Position numbers and translations under genes: made by a program. A stretch of 64,000 bases of DNA, from IMG/VR virus record IMGVR_UViG_3300046167_000870. One strand, 5' to 3'. Position 1 is the stretch's first letter, and each line of letters begins with the position of its first letter. This DNA is from a virus. The notes beneath the pieces were generated by a model, which made no database searches, was not told the DNA's origin, and saw only the letters and a list, made by a program, of their open reading frames with translations. Positions 11,165-21,458 of this stretch are shown here, one piece after another.

Positions 11165-12112
11165 TTAACTTCTACTTCTATGGTCTGTAGTAGGGTTTGA
11201 AGTTTGTATTCCTGCTCCTTCTACATCACTTACAGTTTCCATGTTAATTGTAACTTTTGCTTTTGAATTATATTTTTTAGTTGATGCTAAATCTTTTTGT
11301 ATAGTATCAGGGATTAAATATCCACGTAATCTAATATTAAAAGTTCCAGTAACCAACCTATCTTTATTAATTGTTAATTCTGTGGCTGTAGAAAAACTAT
11401 CTATAAATGATCTAAACATAAATCTTTCAGGATTGCCCCAATACGCATCTGATGCATACTCGCATGCTTCAATAATTTTATTTAGTTGTTCCATATAATA
11501 AGTTTGTATTAAACAACTATAGTCCATAGTAACATAATCTGGTTGTGCTACTACATGAAATGTGTCTACTGGTATTCTATTATTTAGAGCTGCAAAATTA
11601 CCATAAAAGTTTTTAGCACTAAATTGTTTAGAAAATACCCCAGTTAAATTTGGTTGATTTGCATCTAATTTATTTGCAACTGTTCTATCTTTTGTTATTT
11701 TATCTCTTTTTAATACGATAATAGGTAACATAATTGCACCTTTTTTATCTCTATAATATCCATCACGTTGAAATGATTTCCATCTTTCAGGAGCACCATA
11801 TATTATAGGTACTTCTCTTCTAGCTCCATTTTGATAAACAAAAGGTTTAATTTTATTTTCAAAATAATAAAATACTGCTTCATCAATATCTTTAACACCT
11901 ACAGAAAATTGTTTAGTATCATCATCTCTAAAACTCATTTGATCCGATCTATTATGTTGGATACCAGTTTCTGAGTAATTTGGATTATTAGGGATAATAT
12001 CATTATTAGGATTAGTTTGTATCCCTTGTTCTTCTCTACCCCTAAAAGCCGTATGTTTATTTGTGCTTAAGGTTAATTGTGATTTTGGTATGGGTTTTCT
12101 TGGTTTTGCCAT
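11165..12112 (-). CDS. Tail terminator / sheath stabiliser (gp15-like)
   Basis: VPIIYGAPERWKSFQRDGYYRD...LPII; order after the neck genes. Confidence 0.75.
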   Translation of the reverse strand: MAKPRKPIPKSQLTLSTNKHTAFRGREEQGIQTNPNNDIIPNNPNYSETGIQHNRSDQMSFRDDDTKQFSVGVKDIDEAVFYYFENKIKPFVYQNGARREVPIIYGAPERWKSFQRDGYYRDKKGAIMLPIIVLKRDKITKDRTVANKLDANQPNLTGVFSKQFSAKNFYGNFAALNNRIPVDTFHVVAQPDYVTMDYSCLIQTYYMEQLNKIIEACEYASDAYWGNPERFMFRSFIDSFSTATELTINKDRLVTGTFNIRLRGYLIPDTIQKDLASTKKYNSKAKVTINMETVSDVEGAGIQTSNPTTDHRSRS

Positions 12113-12642
12113 TAGAATCTTTCTTGATATGGTGAAATAGCTACTTTATCAGCAGGTATATAATAAGTTGAAACTAGAATTGATATGTTATTACCAAATT
12201 CTTCTAATCCAGGATTAAGTGGATTAGGTTCTCCATCAGAATCATTATTAGGATATTCAGGATTTTTACCTCCCCAATATTGGTTTGCTACTGTACTTTG
12301 TACTCCATAATATCCTTCTTGATATAATATGATATCACCTACTCTAGGTACTATATCTTTTTCTACTAAATCATCTCTTAAAAAATAAAATTCAATAGGT
12401 TGGTTAAATTGGATACCTTCTACATTTTCACCATATTCTTCATTTGACCTATTAATTAAAACATTGAATAGAAAAGGACCATTATAATATTTTTCTTCAG
12501 CTGCTTCACCGTAAATATTAACTTTTGTTTCTTCTAATTGAAACTGATAGATAGCGGCTTGTTGAGTTATAATGTTACCCATTACTTCTCTATTTAAGTG
12601 CCTCATAAGGGACCAGTCCCTTTGTCTTGTAAACATTGCCAT
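12112..12642 (-). CDS. Neck / head-closure protein (gp14-like)
   Basis: NIYGEA...PRVGDII; located between gp13-like and gp15-like genes. Confidence 0.7.
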   Translation of the reverse strand: MAMFTRQRDWSLMRHLNREVMGNIITQQAAIYQFQLEETKVNIYGEAAEEKYYNGPFLFNVLINRSNEEYGENVEGIQFNQPIEFYFLRDDLVEKDIVPRVGDIILYQEGYYGVQSTVANQYWGGKNPEYPNNDSDGEPNPLNPGLEEFGNNISILVSTYYIPADKVAISPYQERF

Positions 12643-12643
12643 A

Positions 12644-14140
12644 TTATGCTATATAAATTGTGTAAGGCACTTGTTGTAACTCAATCATCTTAGATTCAGC
12701 CTCAGATGCTCTTCTATTTAATAATGCTTGTCTTGATGTTTCATCAAGATATGTTCTTAATCTTTCTATTAATGCTGCTTTTTCTGTTGTTGCTGCTGAT
12801 ATTAAATCACCTTGATTTAAATTAACTTCAGCATTTGGTATTGGAATACTACTATATTTTCCTCTTACATACCCTAACATTTCTTTTGCTAAAGCTAGTG
12901 TGTATTCGAATATCCATTGTCTACCTACTGAATTAATAAATTCATATGTAGGATTTTCAAATGGTGCATTTGATACATTTGTAACTTTAGTTGGAGTTTG
13001 TTTAACTGAACTATTTATTCTTTCATCTCTTAAAATGTAATCAAACCATAAAGTTCCTCCACCACAAATAGCTGTTATGTCTTGTTCTCTTAAAGTAAAT
13101 ACTAAATCTCCAGATGCATTACTAATATCATTACTAGAACCATCTATAGTAGCTGCTGATATTGTAATTACATCACCAGCTGTGTATCCACTACCTGATG
13201 ATTTTACTTTAAATTCATATGTAGTATTTGTTCCTTGACTTCCTATAATAACACCTTGTGCATCTTTACCTTCACCAGTTCCTCCAGTTATATCAATTAA
13301 AGATGAAGTTAAATCACTTGCAAATGTTATTGATGGTGGATTGGATGCTGATAAAGCATTATTTAATAGTAAAGATGAACCTGAATGGAATGTCCCATCA
13401 AAATTAGGTATAGGGAATATTCTTAATTTATCATCTTGTACTCTAAATGAATAGTTAGACATTCTAACCATTTCATTCATTTCTATTTGTTGTATTACTT
13501 GTAAATCATAATTTAATGGAGCCATTAAATATCCCATTCCTTGACCAAATCCTCCAAATCCAACAATACCTGCTGCTACAGCACCTCCAAATCCAAATCC
13601 ATTATAAGGATCTAAATATCTTGCTGATGCTGGGAATTTTGGTTCATAATATACTTTTTTTACTTCTATACCATTTTCGTATTCAGACCCTGTTAATCCA
13701 CTTCCTGTCATAAAAGTTTGGAAATCATAATCTTGAATACTAGAAGTTAATTGGAATGAGCCTGAGTAATACGGTACATTTCCTCCACTACCTGCTTCTT
13801 CACCATATTGTTCAGTTAATCTAACAATTGGTTCAAAACTTGGTGTTATTAATGCCTGGTTTAAAGATGACCCTGTTGTAATTCCTTCAAGTGATAATTG
13901 ATTATCACGTATTTTATATGCATATAATTCATTTCCATATGTAGTTACTGCTTCTTCAAATGCCGTAAAAAATGAACTTGATTGTAGTTCAACATCTACT
14001 AAAGGATAACCTAACCTTGAAGCACAAAATTTTGTGACTTTTATAGCATCGATTTGAAATGTAGTATCGGTATTATAGAATCCAAATGGTACGGATTTTT
14101 CGTTCCAAATTGGACAACCATCATAAATTGGTACATTCAT
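12644..14140 (-). CDS. Neck / head-tail adaptor (gp13-like) with inserted beta-domain
   Basis: RLGYPLVDVEL N-terminus; WIFEYTLALAKEMLGYVRGKYSSIPIP..VNLN C-terminus. Confidence 0.85.
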   Translation of the reverse strand: MNVPIYDGCPIWNEKSVPFGFYNTDTTFQIDAIKVTKFCASRLGYPLVDVELQSSSFFTAFEEAVTTYGNELYAYKIRDNQLSLEGITTGSSLNQALITPSFEPIVRLTEQYGEEAGSGGNVPYYSGSFQLTSSIQDYDFQTFMTGSGLTGSEYENGIEVKKVYYEPKFPASARYLDPYNGFGFGGAVAAGIVGFGGFGQGMGYLMAPLNYDLQVIQQIEMNEMVRMSNYSFRVQDDKLRIFPIPNFDGTFHSGSSLLLNNALSASNPPSITFASDLTSSLIDITGGTGEGKDAQGVIIGSQGTNTTYEFKVKSSGSGYTAGDVITISAATIDGSSNDISNASGDLVFTLREQDITAICGGGTLWFDYILRDERINSSVKQTPTKVTNVSNAPFENPTYEFINSVGRQWIFEYTLALAKEMLGYVRGKYSSIPIPNAEVNLNQGDLISAATTEKAALIERLRTYLDETSRQALLNRRASEAESKMIELQQVPYTIYIA

Positions 14141-14166
14141 AGTTGAGTATTTTATTATAAATATTG

Positions 14167-14196
14167 AAAAAAAAAGCCCGAACGTGAGTTCGGGCT
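14167..14196 (-). terminator. Rho-independent terminator after major capsid gene
   Basis: AGCCCGAAC-TCAC-GTTCGGGCT followed by a T-run on the minus strand. Confidence 0.92.
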
Positions 14197-14225
14197 AATT
14201 CTTACTAACTAAGAGTTATCTCTGA

Positions 14226-15938
14226 TTATAGAGTGTTTAATCCTGAGATGTTGATAGTACCATAAAATTCTGGTCTTACCATTTTCTTAGCATATCTAGT
14301 TAACAATCCTTTTCTTGGTGTGAAAGTATTTGGATCGTATACTAGTGGAGTCATGATTAACGGAATGTACGGAGCAAATACAGCACCACTTTCAAGGAAC
14401 TGAGAACCTCTAAATCCTAATAAGATTTTGTTTTCAGTCATGTAAGGGTTTTTGTATACTTTGTAACGTCCATTAATTGAACCTACTTTTTGTACACCAA
14501 ATGCGTAGCTAGCTTTAGCAGCATCGCCATCTGAATCAGCAGCAAATCCTGGAATACTTTCCAAAATTGTACCTACAGTTGGAGAACATACTAAGAAGTT
14601 AGCACCACCTCTAAGAGTTTTCTGGTGAATGATATTACTCAACTTTTGGATTTTAGTTCCTAAAGTTTGGAACCATTGTCCTTGTGAGTTATAGAATCCT
14701 AAGTCAGTAACAACAGCATTACCGTTAGCAGCTGTTGAAATTGCAGTATTGTTAACTGCTGACCAGTTTTCAGTTCCAGCTCCTGCTCCTTCGATCAACA
14801 TAGAAAGAATTTCTAGGTCAATTTCTAATGAGATATACTCACTAAGGATAGAAGTTAATTCTGCTTCAGCATCTAATGCATGGTATGCATTTAAATCCTG
14901 TGCGAATTCTGGAGTCCAAACTGCTTTAAGTTTTCTAGTTTTAGCAACGATTGCAGATGATTTCATCTGAATGTTGATTTCTGGAATAACTTGTGGAGGA
15001 CAGCATCCGCTGTTTCCGTTTGAACCTGAATCATTCCAAGTGTTTGGTACGCTGTTTCCAGCTTCAAAGTCACCTCTGTATTGATCAGTAGGTTGTACTT
15101 GGAATACAATTGATTGTGCAGTTGCAGCATTACCTGTAGCTCCAGCCCAATCAGCGGCTAGTGCAAGGAAATGTACATTAGTATCATCTACTGAAGTAAA
15201 TGCTGATACTTGTTTACCTGCAGATCCTGTTTTAACTAGTAAAGAAGGAATTCTTGATGCAGCTGAACCTGAGTATAATTGGAATCCTTTAACACCTTCG
15301 AAATCAGCCATTCCTAAACCTGATTTAGCGAATGAGAATTTCTTATAGTCTCCGAATGATGCTGAGTAATCAGAATCATAGTTAAAGTCAGACCATTTAG
15401 CTGTTGCTACTGCAGCAACGTTTACTTGTGAAGAAGTATTTTGAATAGAATATCCAAATCTACCTGCTCCATAAAGACCACCTTCGTTAGTGTTTCCGAA
15501 TGGTGCATTTCCACCTTCGTTACCGTATAATGAATCACCGGCAGCGAATGGAGTTTTGTCATTTCCGTATTGGAAATCTAGGTAAAATACTAGACCAGAA
15601 GGTAAGTTCATTGGCTGAACGCTAACAAATTCTTTTGCTGCGATTTGACCAAATACTTTTCTTACTAATGGTAAAGCAACTCCAGCCCATTGACCACCGA
15701 TGTTAACAGCAGTTTGGCTTGAGAATGTACCTGAAGACGCAGTACCTCCTCCTGTTTGAGAAGATTCTACTACAAGTTGTTTAGCTTGGTTTTCTAAAAT
15801 GATTCCCATGTTGTTTTTGTGGGCACCATTTAAACCTTCTAAAAGACCTGTTTTTTCCCATTTACCAGCTAATTTAGCTGCATCAGACTGTAGAGACTGA
15901 TATGGGTTAGCGCTTTCTAAAAGAGTATTTAAGCTCAT
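14226..15938 (-). CDS. gp23: Major capsid protein
   Basis: VSVQPMNLPSGLVFYL, AKTRKLKAVWTPEFAQDLNAYHALDAEAEL, FAPYIPL...FTPRKGLLTRY. Confidence 0.97.
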   Translation of the reverse strand: MSLNTLLESANPYQSLQSDAAKLAGKWEKTGLLEGLNGAHKNNMGIILENQAKQLVVESSQTGGGTASSGTFSSQTAVNIGGQWAGVALPLVRKVFGQIAAKEFVSVQPMNLPSGLVFYLDFQYGNDKTPFAAGDSLYGNEGGNAPFGNTNEGGLYGAGRFGYSIQNTSSQVNVAAVATAKWSDFNYDSDYSASFGDYKKFSFAKSGLGMADFEGVKGFQLYSGSAASRIPSLLVKTGSAGKQVSAFTSVDDTNVHFLALAADWAGATGNAATAQSIVFQVQPTDQYRGDFEAGNSVPNTWNDSGSNGNSGCCPPQVIPEINIQMKSSAIVAKTRKLKAVWTPEFAQDLNAYHALDAEAELTSILSEYISLEIDLEILSMLIEGAGAGTENWSAVNNTAISTAANGNAVVTDLGFYNSQGQWFQTLGTKIQKLSNIIHQKTLRGGANFLVCSPTVGTILESIPGFAADSDGDAAKASYAFGVQKVGSINGRYKVYKNPYMTENKILLGFRGSQFLESGAVFAPYIPLIMTPLVYDPNTFTPRKGLLTRYAKKMVRPEFYGTINISGLNTL

Positions 15939-15969
15939 AATAAATAGTTTAAATTGTTAATAATAATTT

Positions 15970-17181
15970 TTAAATTAATCCCGCTAGCTTACGCATACGG
16001 TTGTAAACGTCATTTGACTCAATGATTGGTTGTTTTGTTGACGTCGCTTTTGGTTCTAAACCACTAGCTTTCGATGCAGATCCTAAGTTTCTTGATTCAT
16101 TTACTGGAGATTTATCTAGTAAACCTTCTGATAATGTTTCAAAAATTGTTTTCGCTGCTTGTACATCCTTCGCTTTGTCAAACGCTTTTAATACCTTAAC
16201 TTTTTTACTTTCAGTTAAGTTTTTTGCCTTGAAAATTTTGTTAGTGTAAAGTAACTTAGCATTTAAAAGGTTAACTTCATTCAATTCAACTTTAAGCGCT
16301 TGAATTTCATCCATTGCTTCTTTGAATCTCATTTTTTCAGTTTCTTTTTCGATTTTAGAGTCATCTTTGTCTCCATCCTCGTTTCCGACACCTTTTTCAC
16401 CTTTTACACGAGATGCTTCATCGATCTCGTCTTTTGCTTCATCAACTTTTTCACTTTCATCCATTTCTTCTTTTTTGGCTTCGTCGATTTCTACATCTAC
16501 GCTTAAGTCGTCTACAACATCAATGTCTTCAACGTCTTCAACTTCAACTTCGTCTTCTACGAATTCGTCACCTGGCTCAATTTCGCCGTCAGCGACCATG
16601 TCTTTAATGACATCCTCGATAAATCCTTTAAGGTCGTCTTCTGACATATCTTCGAGATCAATTTCCTCGTCTTCCATGTCTTCTTTTTCGTCCTTCATTC
16701 CATCTTTGTACCCTTCTTCTTCTGCGTCAGTACGAGCATCTTCTTCAAGATCTTCTTTCTCGTCTTTCATGCCATCTTTGTAGCCTTCTTCTTCTGCGTC
16801 AGTTCTAGCGTCCTCAGATAAATCTTTAGAATCTTCAAGTTCAGCTAATAGTTCATCAAGATCGATTTCTTCATCCACTTCCTCTTTTTCTTCTTGCACT
16901 GTAGATTGACCTACTTTTTTCGGCGCAAGATCTTTTAAAGAGTCACCGGCTGGAGAGTTCTTTCTTTCGAAACTAGAAGCATCCATTTCTTCAACTTTGT
17001 CTTCTTTTTCTTCTTTTACTTCATCATCTTTGTCCATTTCTTCTAACTTTGCAGCTAGCATAGATTTTAGATGTGGAGTGAAAGCTTCTTCAAGAGCAAG
17101 TTTGGCGTTTGCGATTGCTGTTTCCCTTACGGACTTCGCATCGGCAATTGCCTCTTTTAGCAAATCTCTGTTTGTTGCCAT
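15970..17181 (-). CDS. Prohead scaffolding/core protein
   Basis: Very acidic coiled-coil protein between protease and MCP; LNEVNLLNAKLLY; ends RMRKLAGLI. Confidence 0.8.
   Translation of the reverse strand: MATNRDLLKEAIADAKSVRETAIANAKLALEEAFTPHLKSMLAAKLEEMDKDDEVKEEKEDKVEEMDASSFERKNSPAGDSLKDLAPKKVGQSTVQEEKEEVDEEIDLDELLAELEDSKDLSEDARTDAEEEGYKDGMKDEKEDLEEDARTDAEEEGYKDGMKDEKEDMEDEEIDLEDMSEDDLKGFIEDVIKDMVADGEIEPGDEFVEDEVEVEDVEDIDVVDDLSVDVEIDEAKKEEMDESEKVDEAKDEIDEASRVKGEKGVGNEDGDKDDSKIEKETEKMRFKEAMDEIQALKVELNEVNLLNAKLLYTNKIFKAKNLTESKKVKVLKAFDKAKDVQAAKTIFETLSEGLLDKSPVNESRNLGSASKASGLEPKATSTKQPIIESNDVYNRMRKLAGLI
16678..16812. repeat. Tandem duplication (63-nt unit, 72-nt period) in scaffold gene
   Basis: Peptide DARTDAEEEGYKDGMKDEKED occurs twice, with synonymous differences. 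Confidence 0.9.
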
Positions 17182-17205
17182 AATCCCAAAATTTAGTTTG
17201 TGAAA

Positions 17206-17291
17206 TACGTCTATTCATGAGACGTAATAGAAAATTATTAATAGTCTAACATCATATAAAGATAATCATGATGTATTACGGTTATACGTAT
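17206..17291 (-). promoter_or_regulatory. Structured 5' leader of scaffold/MCP operon
   Basis: Late-motif variant (ATACGTATAA, 17282-17291) followed by two hairpins, ACATCAT/ATGATGT (17249-17274) and TACGTCT/AGACGTA (17206-17226). Confidence 0.5.
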
Positions 17292-17308
17292 ATGAAAATA
17301 TCTTAAAA

Positions 17309-17908
17309 TTACATTACAGGACAAGAGCCTTTTGAGCAAAGGATCTCAGTAACAATTTGGTTAACTTTTGTATAATCATAATTAACCATTTCTTTACCTT
17401 CTTTAATAGTATGCATATAAGAACCTGGGTTTGATGGTGTTGAAACAAAATCCCAACATAGTAATTCAAAGTCATCTTGTACTTCCATTACACCACCTCT
17501 ATCTTGTAATGAACCCATTCCTCTTGATGATACACCTACTGTAACACCATGTCCTATTAGTTCTTTAAGTATATTTCCTGAGGGAGTAGGTAAAATTTCT
17601 ATTTTACCCATTACGTTATCTCCATCCCACCAAAAATCAGATATTAGGTGAGATACATTTTTTAAATTTACTACTGATGATTCAGGGTGATCTAGTTCTC
17701 CCATTGAACGTCTTTGTTCAACAAGTTCAGCATATTTATTCATTTCTCTTTCCCATAAATCTTTAGAGTAGTAACGACCATTACCGTTTTTAACTTCAGC
17801 AGTTGCTAAAACACCCTCAACTAATAAATTACCATTTTCAGATACATTTTCAGTTAGCTGTTGGGGTGAGGCCTTAAACTCGTGAGTTTCTATTAGTAAT
17901 GTCTTCAT
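17309..17908 (-). CDS. gp21: Prohead protease
   Basis: KNGNGRYY, MGELDHP, VSHLI, GVSSRGMGS, WDFVSTPS. Confidence 0.95.
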   Translation of the reverse strand: MKTLLIETHEFKASPQQLTENVSENGNLLVEGVLATAEVKNGNGRYYSKDLWEREMNKYAELVEQRRSMGELDHPESSVVNLKNVSHLISDFWWDGDNVMGKIEILPTPSGNILKELIGHGVTVGVSSRGMGSLQDRGGVMEVQDDFELLCWDFVSTPSNPGSYMHTIKEGKEMVNYDYTKVNQIVTEILCSKGSCPVM

Positions 17909-17920
17909 ATAATAACTTGA

Positions 17921-19255
17921 TTAATCTTTGTAGTTGCCTACGTATTTAGCGTTAATTGCACCTGCAATTTTTTCAGCATCTTCTCTTGATTTACCTTGAT
18001 CCATGATATCATCTACTACACTATCAAATGATTCCTCTACTTCTTCAGTTTCGTCTACCATTTCTTTTTTAGCATATTTTTTACCACAAGATTTTTCGTA
18101 AATCTTTTCCATTTTAGATTTTTTCTTTTCTAGTTCTTTAATTTCTTTCTGCATTTGCTTCATCTTAGCTTTATCAATTAATTCTTTAAGATTTTCATCT
18201 TCATTAATTGAATTTACTCTATCTACTTTTTCAGCAATATGATCATGTAAGAAATCTAACTGTGCCTCTAATTTTACTGCTTCAGCTTCTTTACCTATTT
18301 CAGCTAATTTAGTATCGATTGATTCTTTTTTTACTTTCTTTTTCTTTTCTTTATCTTTAGCTGCTTTAGCCATTGGCTCTTTTCTATCACCATCTCCATC
18401 GATATCTGGATAATCTGGTCTTGCTTCTTCAGCCATACCTGCTTTTTCTTGAGATGATTCTATAGCTTTTTCTCTTGCTTCATCAAATTTATCTTCACTC
18501 ATTGGAAGATCATCTTCTTTATTTAATTCATTTACAAAATTATCTAATGAATTTGGAGTTTCAACTAATCCTTCTTCAGCTAACATTTTATTAATAACTT
18601 CACCTGATATTGAAGCAAAGCTACTTTTGTTACCATTACTAACACCCATAAAGTGTTCTTTAAGTATATTTTTAATTTTTGATGTAGTTGATTCTTTAAC
18701 TACTTCCATTTGATTATCAATTGCAGGTAAACCAGCTGATTCTTCTTGGTATCCTAATCCTGCAACACCAAATTGTCCTTCTTTTACATAATACATTTGA
18801 TCTTTAGCTAAATTTTTAATTACTTTAGCTTGAGCTTCTTCTAATGTTAGTTTTGGATTATTTTTTATTTCACAGTATACACCATTCATCATTTCTTGAG
18901 CATTAACATTGTTAATGTTATCTACTTTTGGAGAATAGTCGTAATTATGTGAAGCGATATTTTCTACACCATCAGAGACTTTATATGAACCCGCCAATTT
19001 ATTATCCATAGAAAACTTATAATTAGGATCTGCAGATACCTTTTCTTCTGATTTTAGGGTATTAGCTTTCATATCATCGTTAACGATAGGATTAAGTGAT
19101 TTTTCACCTGCTTCATTAATGTAATTAAAATATTTAGCTTCCCATCCTTCTTTAGGGGTTGCCTCGATTTTGTTGATTGGTTTTAAATCAACATAATTTT
19201 CTGTAATTAACTTATCTGTTAACTCCTTGTGTAGTTGTTCAGCTGTTTTTTTCAT
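17921..19255 (-). CDS. Putative internal head/core protein
   Basis: Charged protein in the head module with many L/V-x-E sites and a DIDGDGD Ca-binding-like motif. Confidence 0.6.
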   Translation of the reverse strand: MKKTAEQLHKELTDKLITENYVDLKPINKIEATPKEGWEAKYFNYINEAGEKSLNPIVNDDMKANTLKSEEKVSADPNYKFSMDNKLAGSYKVSDGVENIASHNYDYSPKVDNINNVNAQEMMNGVYCEIKNNPKLTLEEAQAKVIKNLAKDQMYYVKEGQFGVAGLGYQEESAGLPAIDNQMEVVKESTTSKIKNILKEHFMGVSNGNKSSFASISGEVINKMLAEEGLVETPNSLDNFVNELNKEDDLPMSEDKFDEAREKAIESSQEKAGMAEEARPDYPDIDGDGDRKEPMAKAAKDKEKKKKVKKESIDTKLAEIGKEAEAVKLEAQLDFLHDHIAEKVDRVNSINEDENLKELIDKAKMKQMQKEIKELEKKKSKMEKIYEKSCGKKYAKKEMVDETEEVEESFDSVVDDIMDQGKSREDAEKIAGAINAKYVGNYKD

Positions 19256-19260
19256 TGTTT

Positions 19261-19500
19261 TTATTTTTCTAATAATGTTTTAATATCTTTAATATAATCT
19301 TTAATTAAATCTGTTCCATAAACGACAGAATAACTTTTAGGTTCATCTTGTCTATAATATTTAACCGTATCTATTTTTGCCTGTCTTAAGGGTTTAATTA
19401 GAGATTTTAATTCATCTTCAATTTCCCCAAAAGCATCAATACGGCTTTGTTGGAATTTTTCTAATTTAGCTTCTTCTTCTTTAACTAGTCTATCCTTCAT
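19261..19500 (-). CDS. Hypothetical protein (likely start ATG 19500, MKDRLVKEEE)
   Basis: The ORF-track start overlaps the upstream gene; the late motif at 19502-19511 abuts ATG 19500. Confidence 0.6.
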   Translation of the reverse strand: MKDRLVKEEEAKLEKFQQSRIDAFGEIEDELKSLIKPLRQAKIDTVKYYRQDEPKSYSVVYGTDLIKDYIKDIKTLLEK

Positions 19501-19513
19501 GTTATAAATATTA

Positions 19514-20587
19514 TTATTCTCCCCAAAGTTTACGAACTGGTAAAGTTGATGGAGGCTGTACATAAGTACCGTCTTTATTTTTCTTAACTAGTTTATATTT
19601 AAATTGTTTTACATATGCATTATCTGCTACCCCATTTTCACTTGCTTTAGGGCCTGGGCCTAATGTTGCTCCTGGGTTTTTGTTATTTTCATTTACAGTT
19701 TCTGTCCATACTTTAGGGATTTCTAACCCTAATTCTTTAGCAGCTTTTAATATAAGGTTTCTTACTTTATTAGTATGACTTAACTTTATTGCTTGTTGAA
19801 AATAAGTAATAGCTTCTTCATTACCTTCATTAACAGAATAATCCATATAATTGACTAAACCTGAAGGTTTATTCATTTTAACTCCTTTTTTCTTTTTACC
19901 TTTTTTTAATTTTTTTCTTACAAAAGCATATGGTGTATTATAAGCACCAGCTGCACCTGACATTGACGCTTCATCTACATCAGTTTCAGACATTTGACTT
20001 CTTAAAAGTGATTTCCAACTAACCATTATTTCAGCTACTCCTCTTATAAAATCAGGATTATTTAAATCACCTTTAAATTTACCAAATAATGTTCTTAAAT
20101 CTTCTTTAAATTGATCTACTTTTCCCTTTATTCTTTGAGAAGTTGGTTCAAATTTTTTGTAATCTGGGTCTTCTGGGTTTCTTATAAAACCACTATAAGC
20201 TTCACCAATCCTAGTCATTCTTTTATACTCGTCTGGGTATTCGTTTCTAAGATGTGTTCTTACTTTATTTCTTAATTTACGAGCTTCATCATAAATTTCT
20301 CTAAATTTATCATCATCCTTAGTTTTAACATAAACTCTTTTAGATACATCAACTAACTGATCCATTTCGTCATATAATTTATCAAATCCAGGTAATTGTG
20401 TAATTTTCCAAGAAACAGCACCTGTTTCACTATCTATATTAGTAATAGTAGATTTGGATTGACCATCTGCAGCATAAGTAACTTGACCTACTTGGAATCC
20501 TTCTCCATCTTTACGTTCAAGTTCTTTTGCTGCTGCTTCTGGTGAAGCAGTTTTGGACATTTCACTAAGTTTATATTTGTACGCCAT
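19514..20587 (-). CDS. Putative internal head protein
   Basis: Modular, with LSE/VDE/VNE sites; contains GAAGAYNTPYAF. Confidence 0.6.
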   Translation of the reverse strand: MAYKYKLSEMSKTASPEAAAKELERKDGEGFQVGQVTYAADGQSKSTITNIDSETGAVSWKITQLPGFDKLYDEMDQLVDVSKRVYVKTKDDDKFREIYDEARKLRNKVRTHLRNEYPDEYKRMTRIGEAYSGFIRNPEDPDYKKFEPTSQRIKGKVDQFKEDLRTLFGKFKGDLNNPDFIRGVAEIMVSWKSLLRSQMSETDVDEASMSGAAGAYNTPYAFVRKKLKKGKKKKGVKMNKPSGLVNYMDYSVNEGNEEAITYFQQAIKLSHTNKVRNLILKAAKELGLEIPKVWTETVNENNKNPGATLGPGPKASENGVADNAYVKQFKYKLVKKNKDGTYVQPPSTLPVRKLWGE

Positions 20588-21434
20588 TTGCTACTTGTAT
20601 TTCTTTTACTAGTTCGTAATATTGTAACAAATCAACTAAATTATCATTATCTACTTTATCAGTTTTATTTAATTCAGTCAATAATTTAGCTACTTCTGTA
20701 ATTTTAATTTTAGTAGCTGTATCTTTTATTGATTCTGATATAGTTTCTAAAGTTGATTTTAAAGTATTTACTTTATTATTGTAAAATTCTCTTAATGAAG
20801 GTGTTGAATCTACTGAGTATATAAATTCTTTTAGTATTTCTTTTTGCTCTATACTTAACCCATCATACTTATCATTAAATTTCTCTAATAATATTTTATA
20901 AGTTAAAGTTCTTAAATCTTTATCATAAGATGTAAATTCTTGAACTACTTTTTCTTTTGGTGCTTTAACTACTTTAGTTTTAGTTAAAAATTCTAATATA
21001 GTAACTTTATTATTGTTAATTTGATCTATATTAGTAACTTCTTTGTAGTTATAACTTTCTATTAAAGTATAAATAGAAGCTATTTCTTTATAATTTTTTA
21101 CTTTAGACCCAAAAAAGGATTCTAAGTTATAATGTTTTTTAATTTCATTAATTAGATTGTACTTTTGTTTTCTAAGTACAGATCTATTAAACTTTTTAGA
21201 ACTTTCTAAAATAGTAGATATTAAAGAATTAGCTTTTCCTTCTGATATTACCTTTGATTTCAATATGGATTCATACAATTTATACTCACGTCCCAGTTCT
21301 GTTTTTACAAAATATTCTTTAAGTATATCAATTGCAGGAGAATCTCCCCCTTTTAAAGTATCCGCGGTAATCTGTCTTACTAGCAATTCGAATAATATAC
21401 CAGTATTTTTAAATTTTGAATGTTTTATTTTCAT
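20571..21434 (-). CDS. Conserved head-module protein downstream of portal
   Basis: MKIKHSKFKNTGILFELLVRQIT...; helical; position next to the portal. Confidence 0.7.
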   Translation of the reverse strand: MKIKHSKFKNTGILFELLVRQITADTLKGGDSPAIDILKEYFVKTELGREYKLYESILKSKVISEGKANSLISTILESSKKFNRSVLRKQKYNLINEIKKHYNLESFFGSKVKNYKEIASIYTLIESYNYKEVTNIDQINNNKVTILEFLTKTKVVKAPKEKVVQEFTSYDKDLRTLTYKILLEKFNDKYDGLSIEQKEILKEFIYSVDSTPSLREFYNNKVNTLKSTLETISESIKDTATKIKITEVAKLLTELNKTDKVDNDNLVDLLQYYELVKEIQVANGVQI

Positions 21435-21458
21435 CAAAAATATATTTATTTATAAATA

